64,000 bases of DNA, taken from the NCBI GenBank assembly GCA_016839585.1, contig JAEOTZ010000072.1, positions 1 to 64,000 on the forward strand, read 5' to 3'. Source of the stretch: Promethearchaeota archaeon (lineage in GTDB: Archaea; Asgardarchaeota; Lokiarchaeia; Sigyniarchaeales; SOKP01). Each line of letters opens with the position of its first letter. The stretch's first letter is position 1. A model generated the notes under the pieces. It had not been told where the DNA came from, searched no databases, and saw nothing but the letters and a program-made list of their open reading frames with translations. The position numbers and the translations under genes were made by a program. This document shows positions 20,796 through 33,781 of this stretch, piece after piece.

Positions 20796-20953
20796 ATATT
20801 AGTTGTCTTCAAATTTGAAAAAGAATACTATAACACAAGTCCTACAATGAGGATTTCAGGGGAAAGGGATATATCAAGATTTTCTAATTTTAAAGCTTAC
20901 TTTTTTAGGAGGGGGCATCACGGGGGAGGGAGGTAAATATAGAGAGAGAATTT

Positions 20954-21259
20954 TCAATTATCATCAAATTCACTTTCATGTGGCGGTGGCTTGTATTTTA
21001 TGGAAGCATCATAATAATCTGGACAATACCACGCCTTCCAGCGTGGATGAAAAATCATATCAGTATCACTCCTAGCACATGCAGCACATTCGCATATTGA
21101 AACTTGCAAGCTTCTACTAAGTTCATTAACTTGTCTATTTATATCTCTTAGCTGTTTTGTTATTTCCGAATCCATTTTTTTACTTTTCCTTATCTGTCTA
21201 CTTTTATCTAATAAATATTTAATTCTTTCGCTTACAGCTTGTATTATTATTTTTCGCAA
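20954..21259 (-). CDS. Small CxCxxC-DM-WxC Zn-finger protein
   Basis: SICECAAC…DMIF…WYCPDY; paralogous to 21604..21807. Confidence 0.6.
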   Translation of the reverse strand: MRKIIIQAVSERIKYLLDKSRQIRKSKKMDSEITKQLRDINRQVNELSRSLQVSICECAACARSDTDMIFHPRWKAWYCPDYYDASIKYKPPPHESEFDDN

Positions 21260-21367
21260 AGAATTTCTTAAATTTATTAGTTGAGGATCCCTAATAGTAA
21301 TTCTTTTTTTTTTTCATTTCATTTTGATTATTTTTATTTTATTAAAATACCACAATTTATAATTGTG

Positions 21368-21616
21368 TTATTTATAATCTCCAATAAAGTTGATGTAATT
21401 AGATTTTAGATTGAGTTTACCTTTAATGTATTCAGGGAATTGAATGGGTTCAATTTCATCTTTATATTTTTCGACGAACCAATTAATTGTGTTTTCAATC
21501 TCAATTTCTAGTTGTTCCGGTGAAATTCCTTCTCCATAGTATCTATTTACTAATTGTTCATAATATATCAAGAAGAATACACCTATACCTTCATCTTTTA
21601 ATGTTAATATAAGCAA
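21368..21616 (-). CDS. Hypothetical protein, possibly frameshifted continuation of 21604..21807
   Basis: ORF overlaps upstream ORF at an A/T homopolymer. Confidence 0.4.
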   Translation of the reverse strand: MLILTLKDEGIGVFFLIYYEQLVNRYYGEGISPEQLEIEIENTINWFVEKYKDEIEPIQFPEYIKGKLNLKSNYINFIGDYK

Positions 21617-21807
21617 TTTTTATTGGGTTCTTTCTTTTCAAATATATAAATTCTTTTTTTTTTATTATTATTATCAAGAATTTTCTCTAAACAATCAATA
21701 CAAAACCAACATTTTAAATTTATAACGTATATCATATCTTTCTCAATTGAACTACATATAGGGCATTGACAAATAGAATGAGTAAAAGCCCAGTAAAGAT
21801 TATCCAA
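21604..21807 (-). CDS. Small CxCxxC-DM-WxCxxC Zn-finger protein (N-terminally eroded)
   Basis: SICQCPIC…DMIY…WFCIDC. Confidence 0.55.
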   Translation of the reverse strand: MDNLYWAFTHSICQCPICSSIEKDMIYVINLKCWFCIDCLEKILDNNNKKKRIYIFEKKEPNKNCLY

Positions 21808-22113
21808 TGGGTTTGATTATATAATCTATTTCTATGCTATCAACATGATATAAAGTGATTTCATGTGTAGCTTTTAAAAAAATTAATAATTTTTTTTTTC
21901 TTTTACAGAGTTTAATCTTCTTTCTTCTCGTGACTGATTTCATTCAAAATGTCATCGATATAGTGGATATTGTCATCTCCTACTTCCTTTCGTAATAATT
22001 TGGAGAGGAATTTTCGAATTAAAATTAAATATATAAATAATATAAATTCTTTATTGGGCGTTTCGATTTAATGACTGAACTTTTTTAATTTTTTAGAAAA
22101 AGTTTTTATATTT

Positions 22114-22791
22114 TTGTTGATATTTAAATCTATAATTTTACTTATTTGTGAGAGTGATTTTATGGAATCCAAAAATGAGATAAAAGAAAAGTTTGAGTTT
22201 GAAATAAAATATTTTAAAATATCTTACATCGTTATTTGGACTCTCATTATAGCTTTAAATGCAGTCATACTACCCTTACTAATAATGGTGTACTTCGATT
22301 TTATTCCTTTATTCAGATCATCGGTTAGAATCATTCGGGTAATATACATTATAATTATCATTTCTCCAATCATAAAAATCGGTTTTGAAGCATGTGAAAT
22401 AGTTAGATTAGGATTATTCTTAAAATTGGATGAAAAGGATAAGGAAAGTGCTAATAACACTGCTAGAGGATTTATTGGGACGCGAATATTCAGGAACTAT
22501 TACCTTGTAATTATAATAATATTATTTGTTATAGGGGAAATAGTTGAATTAATAGCAAAAAACGGTGACTTACCTGGGAATGATGCTGATTTTTTAGCTT
22601 TTTACTTATTGTTTTCAATTTTGATCTCTATTGACATATTTCTTATAGCTGCGGGTCCACATTTGATAAAATATTCGATAGATTACATTGATAAAACAAA
22701 AAAAATGAAAGCAATCGTATGGTCAATTGTTTGGATAGTCGTTTTACTGATTATTTTAAACCTTGATTATCTTATACCGTACTTTGATTAA
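22114..22791 (+). CDS. Hypothetical membrane protein (about 5 TM)
   Basis: Long hydrophobic segments; intact ORF. Confidence 0.65.
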   Translation: MLIFKSIILLICESDFMESKNEIKEKFEFEIKYFKISYIVIWTLIIALNAVILPLLIMVYFDFIPLFRSSVRIIRVIYIIIIISPIIKIGFEACEIVRLGLFLKLDEKDKESANNTARGFIGTRIFRNYYLVIIIILFVIGEIVELIAKNGDLPGNDADFLAFYLLFSILISIDIFLIAAGPHLIKYSIDYIDKTKKMKAIVWSIVWIVVLLIILNLDYLIPYFD

Positions 22792-22926
22792 GATGTAAGT
22801 ATTTATTTTTTTCTTTAATTTTTTTAAATTAGAGAACTATAATACATTTTCGTATATCCATTCTTTAAACACCATTAAAGATTCGGTTAGGAATTACAAT
22901 TATAATTACTATTATAGGATATAATG

Positions 22927-23076
22927 TTATGTAATGAATCTTAGAATTAAATATACTCCAGCCGTTACTAATAGAATAGAAGTTAATACATATATCACTC
23001 CATGGAGTAGTTGAATAAATAGTATATCCCACCAATTTATCGCTATGAACATTAGTATTATGCCAGCTAAAATCAT
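22927..23076 (-). CDS. Small 2-TM membrane protein, paralog of 23174..23374 (missing from the ORF track)
   Basis: MILAGIILMFIAINWWDILFIQLLHGVIYVLTSILLVTAGVYLILRFIT*. Confidence 0.75.
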   Translation of the reverse strand: MILAGIILMFIAINWWDILFIQLLHGVIYVLTSILLVTAGVYLILRFIT

Positions 23077-23173
23077 ACAATTAACTTAATATAAAGCGAT
23101 TTCTTGAAAGCTTAAAAAATTTTTAAATTCTTTTTATTTTTTTTTTTCTTAAACAAAAAAAAAGTTAATCTTT

Positions 23174-23374
23174 TTATGTAATATATCTCGCAATTAAATA
23201 GATTCCAGTAGATACTAATAGAATAGAGGTTAAAACATATATCAACCCATAGAGTACTTGAATAAATATTATATCCCACCAATTTATTAAAATGAATAGA
23301 AGTAGTATCCCGATTAATATCATAGAGAATCCAAATAGAATTACAAATAAACTTACTTTTGCATTCTTTTTCAT
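23174..23374 (-). CDS. Small 2-TM membrane protein (INWWD motif)
   Basis: Hydrophobic ORF with SD GGGGTGG upstream; two paralogs nearby. Confidence 0.75.
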   Translation of the reverse strand: MKKNAKVSLFVILFGFSMILIGILLLFILINWWDIIFIQVLYGLIYVLTSILLVSTGIYLIARYIT

Positions 23375-23447
23375 TATAATACCACCCCTCTACTTTTCTA
23401 GAGTAAATAGAGTATATAAAAGAACTGATTTTGTGAATAAACAGATA

Positions 23448-23933
23448 TTATATTAATTTCTTGGCAAATTCATAAATAAGGTGCCCAAACCATATTGTTG
23501 TTTTACCTGTTTTTTTATACCCATTTCTCCTATAGAATTTTTGAGCTTTTTGTAGAATTTCTGTAGTATCCAAAGTCATAATTTTGCATCCCTCCGAACG
23601 CGCTTCCTTTTCCACATGCAGCAATAAGGAAGCTGCTGGGCTATTCATCCCTTGTTTTTTTGGATGCACTGCCATCCCTCGAATATGGCCTTCTTCCGCT
23701 TCTATTTTCTGCCATTCAATAGTTCCAATTACTTTTCCACCATGTTCAATTGCTACATACACTTTCATTTGATTTAACCGCTCTTTGGCAGTTTCTTCAT
23801 TTGATAAAATTGTATCTGCAAAAGCTTCTGGAGAATAAAAGTCACGATATTCCTCAAATGCTGCTAATAAGACTTCCTGGATAAGTTTAATTTCATGAAT
23901 TGATGCTCGATGTATTGTATAGTCATCCTGCAT
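23448..23933 (-). CDS. GNAT family N-acetyltransferase
   Basis: GHIRGMAVHP…QG, LDT…AQKFYRRNGY. Confidence 0.9.
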   Translation of the reverse strand: MQDDYTIHRASIHEIKLIQEVLLAAFEEYRDFYSPEAFADTILSNEETAKERLNQMKVYVAIEHGGKVIGTIEWQKIEAEEGHIRGMAVHPKKQGMNSPAASLLLHVEKEARSEGCKIMTLDTTEILQKAQKFYRRNGYKKTGKTTIWFGHLIYEFAKKLI

Positions 23934-23974
23934 TGATTTTTTCCAATCCTTTGATTAATTTATGATTATATTAT

Positions 23975-24439
23975 TCACAATTTAAAATAAAAAACATCTT
24001 TTGCTTTATCAGCATAGAAATATCTACCTGACCCCATTACATCTACATGTCGAAAGATTATCCCAGAAAATTCAATTTTTTGAGATTATACTCTCTCTTT
24101 TAACATAATTTTTTCAATTTCTCTTTTAGAATTAGACTCAACTATATTCTTCAGCATTTTTCCCAACTCTGAAACAAGAATTTCTTCTTCTGAAGAGTAA
24201 TATTGATCTGAGTCAGCTCCAATCGCAACATTTCCTTTTTGAATACCTCCGGGATTTTTTTTTGCTTCAATTTTATATTTCTTGAAATAAGTTAAAATTA
24301 AATTTAATTTCTCAAGACTTGGCCGACCAATATCATCAAGTATCTTAAATATATTTGTTTTTGGATATCTTAAATAATCATAAACAGTATCGGGAGTTTT
24401 TTTGGGCTGATAATCTGGATATAAATCTTTTTCATTCAA
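23975..24439 (-). pseudogene. Hypothetical protein interrupted by one in-frame TAA (24086-24088)
   Basis: Frame continues …LKERV*SQKIEFSGIIFRHVDVMGSGRYFYADKAKDVFYFKL* to TGA at 23975. Confidence 0.6.
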
Positions 24440-24626
24440 GGTGATTCCAATTTTTTACTTATTTAACTATAAAGTTTAATATGGTTAATTTCATTAAGAT
24501 TTTTAATAATTTCTTTTATTATAACTTAAAAATTTACTAAAGATTAGAACATAAAATTTATATACCCCGCTAAAATTAAGTTATAAGAATCTAACCAGAA
24601 TAAAGATCTTATGAAGGAGATAAGAG

Positions 24627-25202
24627 ATTACTGAAGAGAAACCAATTTATATTTTCAAAATTTGCATTTTAGGTCAAGAAAGGGTAGGAAAAACTTGCCT
24701 TGCAAGAAGACTATGTTTCGATACTTTTGATGTAAATACAAAAGAAACTATTGGAATAGATTTTTATACATATAATCTTCCTGCTATTGTTGATGGGGAA
24801 GATACTTTTATTCGACTAAGTGTTTGGGATTTTGGTGGTCGTGAACAGTTTAAAAAATTCTTTCCTTACTACATCAATGGTGCTAATGGAATATTCATGG
24901 TATTTGATTTGGTTGATCTTCAAACTTTATTAAGATTAGACTGGTGGTACGAGAGATTAGGTGATTATTATCATGCAGATTCTCCAAGGATTTTCATTGG
25001 GACAAAAAATGACCTAGTTAAAATTGCTGACGAGAAAAGTAAGGTTGATGATTTAGTTATTAAAAGATTTATGGAAAGGCATGATGAAGGATTATTTTTT
25101 AGAACATCTTCAAGGGATAATTATAATGTTCAAAAAATTTTTAAAGAACTTGTTATTAAAGTATTAGAAAAAAATAAATTAGATTATGATAAGCTCTTAT
25201 AA
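24627..25202 (+). CDS. Rab-like small GTPase, 191 aa, ATT start (ORF track gives only the C-terminal half)
   Basis: (I)TEEKPIYIFKICILGQEGVGKT…TIGIDF…VWDFGGREQF…TKND…TSS; in-frame TAA at 24621; SD AAGGAGA. Confidence 0.88.
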   Translation: MTEEKPIYIFKICILGQERVGKTCLARRLCFDTFDVNTKETIGIDFYTYNLPAIVDGEDTFIRLSVWDFGGREQFKKFFPYYINGANGIFMVFDLVDLQTLLRLDWWYERLGDYYHADSPRIFIGTKNDLVKIADEKSKVDDLVIKRFMERHDEGLFFRTSSRDNYNVQKIFKELVIKVLEKNKLDYDKLL

Positions 25203-25286
25203 ACAAACCTAGTTTATTCAAATCTTACCTTTATTTAAAATTCAAAGATATCTAAAGTGATTTCACAAAAAATTAAAATTAAAAAA

Positions 25287-26756
25287 TTAATTTTTATTCG
25301 AATTTAGCCTTCTTATCTTTTCTCCATATTCAAATAAATTCAAGAAGGATTTAGCAGCTGCTTCTATGGTGGGATAAACAAGAAAATTATCTTTTATCAG
25401 CATTTCATAAAAAGCTTTTCGGGACTTACTAGGATATTGGTGTAGAATTATGATGAAGATCTTATTGAGAGATTCAACATACTTTTTTAATTCCAATAAA
25501 TTGTTATAGTATGCTTTAAAAAATTCTCCTTCCCAATCTCCCCAAGCATCTGTTTCCACTATTATTAAATCAATATTTTCATCAATAGCTGCTTTATTAA
25601 CTTCTAAAAACACTTTTTTATGTTCTATCCAAGGTAAGTCAAGAGGATTTGATAAGCTACCGATTGTAATAGGATATATTTTTTTTAGTTTTTCCAAAGT
25701 CTTACCTTCAAAATAAGGCAGTTCTAGACCCATTTCTGTTAGGGTATCTGTAGCTAAAATTCCAAAACCACCAGACCAAAGAATCATTAAAGTTCTCTTA
25801 CTTTTTGGATATATCACTTTTTTTTTAAGTTTTTTAAATCTATTTATATGATTAGAGAAGATATAAGCATTATCAATTAATCTATCTAATGATGGAGGGA
25901 CTTCAATAACAGATGTTTGTTTATATATTGCATCCCATATGCTTCTTTTAGTTGTCATCGAACCTGTATGTGTTAAAACTGCAGTTTGACCTCTTTTAGT
26001 CATTCCACCTCTCATAAATAATACGGGTTTATTCAAATTTTTTAATACATCCAATAAATTTTTTCCTTCATTGATATACAATGGTGAAATTCCTTCAAAA
26101 TAAACACAAATTAAATCAGTTTCTTTGTTATTATTAAAATATTGTAAGAATTCAGAAATTTGTATATCTATACAATTTCCTATACTTACCCCCATCGAGA
26201 ATCTAAGATTGTATTTGCGTGAACCAAATTTAACTAGTTTTGAATGTAAATCTCCCGATTGAAAAATTAGACCAATATTGCCCTTCTCTACAGGAAAAGA
26301 TGGATAATAAGCTATTTTTCCATGTGGACTATACAAACCCATACAATTGGGTCCAATTGCTCGAGTATTAGGATGTTTATTTAGAATTTCTTTTAATTGT
26401 TTTTCAATTTTCAATCCTACTTCATCAGCTTCTCCTGTCCCTGCTGTAAAAATGTGAATGAACTTTACTTTCTTTTTTGAGAGTATCTCTTGCAATGATT
26501 TAATAAGAAATTCTCTTCTGACTGATAAAATTAGAAGATCAATTGTATCTGTTGGGATATCATCCACTGATTTATAGCATTTTAAACCTGTCAACGTTTC
26601 TATTGTAGGGGAAATCAAAAATAATTTCTTTAAATTGAAACCTTGTCTCTTGAATCCGTTTATAAAAAATGAAATTTTTTCTTTTACTTCATAGATAGCA
26701 ACAGTTCTAGGATTAAAAATCAATTCTAAAGAATTATCATAGTTTTGCATTTTCAA
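25287..26756 (-). CDS. Acyl-CoA synthetase (NDP-forming) alpha subunit
   Basis: IGPNCMG, FQSG, VSIGN, HTGS, SGGFG, NPLD motifs. Confidence 0.88.
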   Translation of the reverse strand: MKMQNYDNSLELIFNPRTVAIYEVKEKISFFINGFKRQGFNLKKLFLISPTIETLTGLKCYKSVDDIPTDTIDLLILSVRREFLIKSLQEILSKKKVKFIHIFTAGTGEADEVGLKIEKQLKEILNKHPNTRAIGPNCMGLYSPHGKIAYYPSFPVEKGNIGLIFQSGDLHSKLVKFGSRKYNLRFSMGVSIGNCIDIQISEFLQYFNNNKETDLICVYFEGISPLYINEGKNLLDVLKNLNKPVLFMRGGMTKRGQTAVLTHTGSMTTKRSIWDAIYKQTSVIEVPPSLDRLIDNAYIFSNHINRFKKLKKKVIYPKSKRTLMILWSGGFGILATDTLTEMGLELPYFEGKTLEKLKKIYPITIGSLSNPLDLPWIEHKKVFLEVNKAAIDENIDLIIVETDAWGDWEGEFFKAYYNNLLELKKYVESLNKIFIIILHQYPSKSRKAFYEMLIKDNFLVYPTIEAAAKSFLNLFEYGEKIRRLNSNKN

Positions 26757-27357
26757 CGTTATCCTCCGTATTCATAGTTAATTTAGTATTACAATTGTAA
26801 CAGAATTGAGGAATTGAGTTAAACTCAGTTCCACATTTTGGACATTTAGATATACATTTGCTTGCAATTAGTTGTAAATCCTCATATTGAACTACAGCTT
26901 TAGTTTTTATGATAACCTTTAAAGCTAAAGAAATTCCTATTGATATTGATACAATTAAGATACCAAGGATAATTGTGTTGAATAAATGTGAAGGAAAATT
27001 AGAATCAAAATATTCAGGGGAATATCTCGATAAAAATACATAAAAAAAGAAGTTAGGAAAGAAATAAGTTGTTAAATTCATAGAATAAGCTTTTTTATAA
27101 TTACTAAATATGAAAATCGGTATTAGTGATATTATTATCCAAATTGAGTAAATAAAGGACAAATTATACAGGTTATCAAACATTATGTAGTTAGCTAAAA
27201 ATTGTATTATCTTTTTATGCTCCTTTGAAATATCTATATCGAAATTAATATTAAATTTATAATCAAAACTATAAATAATAGAACTTAAAATAACAATTTG
27301 AATCAAAAAAATTACTAACTTCTTTTTAAATATCTGGAAAAACCTATTTTTCTCCAT
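26737..27357 (-). CDS. Membrane protein with C-terminal Zn ribbon
   Basis: About 4 TM helices plus CPKC…CYNC. Confidence 0.7.
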   Translation of the reverse strand: MEKNRFFQIFKKKLVIFLIQIVILSSIIYSFDYKFNINFDIDISKEHKKIIQFLANYIMFDNLYNLSFIYSIWIIISLIPIFIFSNYKKAYSMNLTTYFFPNFFFYVFLSRYSPEYFDSNFPSHLFNTIILGILIVSISIGISLALKVIIKTKAVVQYEDLQLIASKCISKCPKCGTEFNSIPQFCYNCNTKLTMNTEDNVENAKL

Positions 27358-27658
27358 ATTAAATTACTAAATTCAGCATTTAATTAAACTATTAATATCT
27401 TAGAATAACAATTTTTATCTTATTTATTAATCAAAATTTTATCTATAATTTTATCTGCCTTTAGATTTCATTAAATTTCCAAGTTAAGATCATTAGGATG
27501 ATATTTTAATGAGTGAGCTATTTTAACATAGTACAAATGGAAAAATCGGTCTAAAATCGTAAAATTTTTAATATTTGGTGTATTCTTTACTATACAGTGG
27601 AAAGTTCATATACTTTTTTTTTAAGAATATCATTATTATTTCAAAACCAAAATAGAGG

Positions 27659-30604
<2,946 letters not shown>

Positions 30605-30610
30605 ATAAAT

Positions 30611-31810
30611 ATGGTCAAAGTGACACCTAAAATTTTAGAAGAACGTTTAAAAGTTTTATTAGATGATGGTATCCCAGGTGATTTAATCGAAAAAATTCGA
30701 GAAAAAGTAAAAGATGTAGATTTAGAAGAAGAACAATTAGAATACCTTTTGAATAAAGTATTTATTAATTATAATAACTCATTAATGGAAGCAAATGAAC
30801 CATGCGGGACAGTTGCAGCTCAATCAATTGGTGAACCTGGAACTCAAATGACCCTTCGAACTTTCCATTATGCAGGTGTTGAGGAGTTCTCAGTTACTCA
30901 GGGTCTTCCACGTTTGATTGAAATTGTAGATGCTAGGCGTTTTCCCTCAACTCCACAAATGACTATCTACTTAGAAGAACCTTATAATAAAACAGAAGAA
31001 GAGGCTATTAAGGTCCATAATCGTATAGAACAAATTAGAATTGAACAGATTACACATGATGTAGATCTTGATTTTGTAAATTGGCAAATTCATATTAATC
31101 TTATCCCTGAAATCTGTGAGAAGAAAGGAATAGAAATCGAACAAATCCCTGAAATTTTAAAAAGATATAAGAAAAAAGGTACAATTAAGCGAGAAGGAAA
31201 CACGATCATTATTGATCCTGGAATTGAAGATCTTCAGAGTTTACAGAAATTAAGAGAAAAAATCCTAAAAAAAGTAGTAAAAGGTATTAGAGGAGTAAAA
31301 AGAGGATTATTAACACCTTCAGACAATAATGAAGAATGGGTTATAAAAACTGAAGGTACAAACATGCAAGGGGTAATTCAAATTGATGGAGTGGATACAA
31401 CAAGAACAGTTTCAAATCATATCCATGAAATAGAAAAATTATACGGTATAGAAGCTGCACGTAAGATGATTATTACTGAAGCACAAAAAGTCCTTGAACA
31501 ACAAGGTTTAGATGTTGATCTAAGGCACTTACTAATTTTATCAGATTTAATGTGTCATACTGGATCAATTCAGTCCATAGGAAGACATGGAATTTCAGGC
31601 TCAAAATCGAGTGTCTTCGCTCGCGCTGCCTTCGAAGTCACAGTCAATCAATTATTGGACGCAGGGCTTTATGGTGAAGAAGAACGGCTCCTTGGAATTC
31701 CTGAGAATGTCATCATAGGTCAGGTTATTCCGATTGGCACGGGTCGTACGTCGATCATGTTCGATCTTGACCGAAATTTGGAGATATTAAAGAAGAAAGG
31801 CAAAAATTAA
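30611..31810 (+). CDS. rpo1C: DNA-directed RNA polymerase subunit Rpo1C (A'')
   Basis: [32 protein letters not shown]. Confidence 0.97.
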   Translation: MVKVTPKILEERLKVLLDDGIPGDLIEKIREKVKDVDLEEEQLEYLLNKVFINYNNSLMEANEPCGTVAAQSIGEPGTQMTLRTFHYAGVEEFSVTQGLPRLIEIVDARRFPSTPQMTIYLEEPYNKTEEEAIKVHNRIEQIRIEQITHDVDLDFVNWQIHINLIPEICEKKGIEIEQIPEILKRYKKKGTIKREGNTIIIDPGIEDLQSLQKLREKILKKVVKGIRGVKRGLLTPSDNNEEWVIKTEGTNMQGVIQIDGVDTTRTVSNHIHEIEKLYGIEAARKMIITEAQKVLEQQGLDVDLRHLLILSDLMCHTGSIQSIGRHGISGSKSSVFARAAFEVTVNQLLDAGLYGEEERLLGIPENVIIGQVIPIGTGRTSIMFDLDRNLEILKKKGKN

Positions 31811-31998
31811 GCAATTTATAGTATTTACTAATAATTTAGGTTAATTTAATTAAATTTTCACTTATTATTTAAAAAATATTATTATAAAAAAAATATTGTT
31901 AATATAAATGAAGAAATAACATAAACTAACAAAAAATTAAATTCAAGTATAAATTATAATTACTATTAGTCAACTAAAAGATACTTTTTGAGAAGATA

Positions 31999-32379
31999 AT
32001 GGCAAAGATGAAGAAGAGTAAAGCTGTAGCTGAAAAGGTTGATTTATCGCGTAAGAAAGTGAAGGAATTTGATATTGACACAAATATCAAAGTTGCGTAT
32101 AAAACTGGAAAAATTGTATTTGGTAGAAATCAAGTGTTAAGGTCAATGAGACAAAATAGATATAAAATGATAATCATTGCAAATAATTGTCCTATGGACC
32201 TTGTAAAGCAATTAAATCACTATAATTCTCTTGGTAAGGACAAAATTTTTATTTATAAATATAAAGGTTCAAGTTGGGATTTAGGATTGGCTTTTGCGAA
32301 ACCCTACATGATTAGTATTATAGGTATTTATGACTATGGTGATTCCAATCTTCAAAGTTTAATTAGTAAAAGAACGTAA
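31999..32379 (+). CDS. rpl30e: 50S ribosomal protein eL30
   Basis: KTGKIVFG, IIANNCP, YKGSSWDLG. Confidence 0.93.
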   Translation: MAKMKKSKAVAEKVDLSRKKVKEFDIDTNIKVAYKTGKIVFGRNQVLRSMRQNRYKMIIIANNCPMDLVKQLNHYNSLGKDKIFIYKYKGSSWDLGLAFAKPYMISIIGIYDYGDSNLQSLISKRT

Positions 32380-32395
32380 CTTAATTGGTTCAAAA

Positions 32396-32584
32396 ATGTT
32401 AAGAAAACATATTAGAATTGATCAAAAATCGATGGAACTTATTTCCTTATTTAATAATATTTCCGGTGCTATAATAAAAGACTGTCTGATTTTTAGATCT
32501 CCTGAAAATAATTCTGAAGTAGTTATCTTTTTAGTAAAAAAAGAAGATGTTGGTAAAGCAATTAAATCACTATATTTCTCTTAG
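32396..32584 (+). pseudogene. Truncated nusA copy (5' part)
   Basis: Near-identical to the first 56 aa of 32746..33225, then reads out of frame into the rpl30e copy. Confidence 0.88.
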
Positions 32585-32729
32585 TAAGGACAAAATCTTT
32601 ATTTATAAGTATAAAGGTTCAAGCTGGGATTTAGGATTGGCTTGTGCGAAACCCTACATGATTAGCATTATGGGTATTTATGACTATGGAGATTCCAATC
32701 TGCAAAGTTTAATTAGTAAAAGATCGTAA
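32547..32729 (+). pseudogene. Truncated rpl30e copy (3' part)
   Basis: Near-identical to the C-terminal half of 31999..32379. Confidence 0.88.
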
Positions 32730-32745
32730 TTTAATTGGTTCAAAA

Positions 32746-33225
32746 ATGTTAAGAAAAAATATTAGAATTGATCAAAAATCAATGGAACTTATTTCCTTAT
32801 TTAATAATATTTCTGGTGCTATAATAAAAGACTGTCTGATTTTTAGATCTCCTGAAATTAATTCTGAAGTAGTTATCTTTTTAGTAAAAAAAGAAGATGT
32901 TGGTAAAGCAATTGGAAAAGCTGGAGAACATGTAAAAGATTTAAAGGCAAGACTTCAAAAGAATATAGATGTCATCGAATTTTCTGAAGATCTTAACCAG
33001 TTTATACAAAATATCTTAAATACTACCAAGAATGCCATAAAAATCCAAAATATCGAAATTAAAGAGAGTAAGAATCTAAAGAAAACTATAATTATCTCTG
33101 TTCGCCCCCAAGATCGTGGAAAAGCGATAGGTAAAGAAGGCAGTATGATTAGAAAAATAAAAGAACTAGTTTTAAGGTACTTTGAAGTAGATAATGTAAT
33201 AATCAATACGAAAAATAATTTTTAA
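32746..33225 (+). CDS. nusA: Archaeal NusA (KH domains)
   Basis: GKAIGKAG and GKAIGKEG KH motifs; synteny. Confidence 0.92.
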   Translation: MLRKNIRIDQKSMELISLFNNISGAIIKDCLIFRSPEINSEVVIFLVKKEDVGKAIGKAGEHVKDLKARLQKNIDVIEFSEDLNQFIQNILNTTKNAIKIQNIEIKESKNLKKTIIISVRPQDRGKAIGKEGSMIRKIKELVLRYFEVDNVIINTKNNF

Positions 33226-33334
33226 TTAGAAGAACTCATTCTTTTCTATTTAAGAAATTTATGATATTCATAAATTTTAAGTTTAAAGAAGTATTTCTAT
33301 TTAATATTCATAATGTTAATAGCTGGTGTTTAAA

Positions 33335-33769
33335 ATAGGAAAACCAAAAGGTTTATACGCTGCGAGACAATTAAGAAAAAATCGTAGACGTTTTCGCTGG
33401 TCAAAATCTAAATATAAGAGAAAAAAGTTAAAACTCAAACAGAAAGTTGATCCTCTTGAAGGAGCTCCACAAGCCCTAGGTATCGTGCTACAGAAAGTTG
33501 GAAGAGAAAGTAAACAACCTAATTCAGCTATTAGGAAATGCGTGCGCGTACAATTAAAGAAAAATGGAAAGAGTATTACTGCTTTTCTGCCAGGAGATGG
33601 AGCTTTAAACTTTATTGAGGAGCATGATCGTGTTCTACTAGAAGGTATTGGAGGTGCTAAAGGACGTGCTATTGGTGATCTCCCTGGGGTAAGGTGGAAA
33701 GTTGTAAAAGTAAATGGTGTAAGCCTACAAGCACTTTTAACTGGTAAGAAAGAAAAGCCACTTAGATAG
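33335..33769 (+). CDS. rps12: 30S ribosomal protein uS12; probable ATA start (alternative GTG 33326)
   Basis: (M)[32 protein letters not shown]. Confidence 0.96.
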   Translation: MGKPKGLYAARQLRKNRRRFRWSKSKYKRKKLKLKQKVDPLEGAPQALGIVLQKVGRESKQPNSAIRKCVRVQLKKNGKSITAFLPGDGALNFIEEHDRVLLEGIGGAKGRAIGDLPGVRWKVVKVNGVSLQALLTGKKEKPLR

Positions 33770-33781
33770 AGGTAATAGATA

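Larger units (their letters stand above)
32203..32913. repeat. 350-bp tandem duplication (rpl30e 3' half plus nusA 5' part) bounded by GTAAAGCAATT microhomology
   Basis: GTAAAGCAATT at 32203, 32553 and 32903; about 16 mismatches between units by hand count. Confidence 0.92.

Noticed and set aside
22865-23080. 71-aa ORF from the track
   Set aside because: An overlapping frame (22927..23076) encodes a clear paralog of the neighbouring membrane protein, so this ORF is a shadow.
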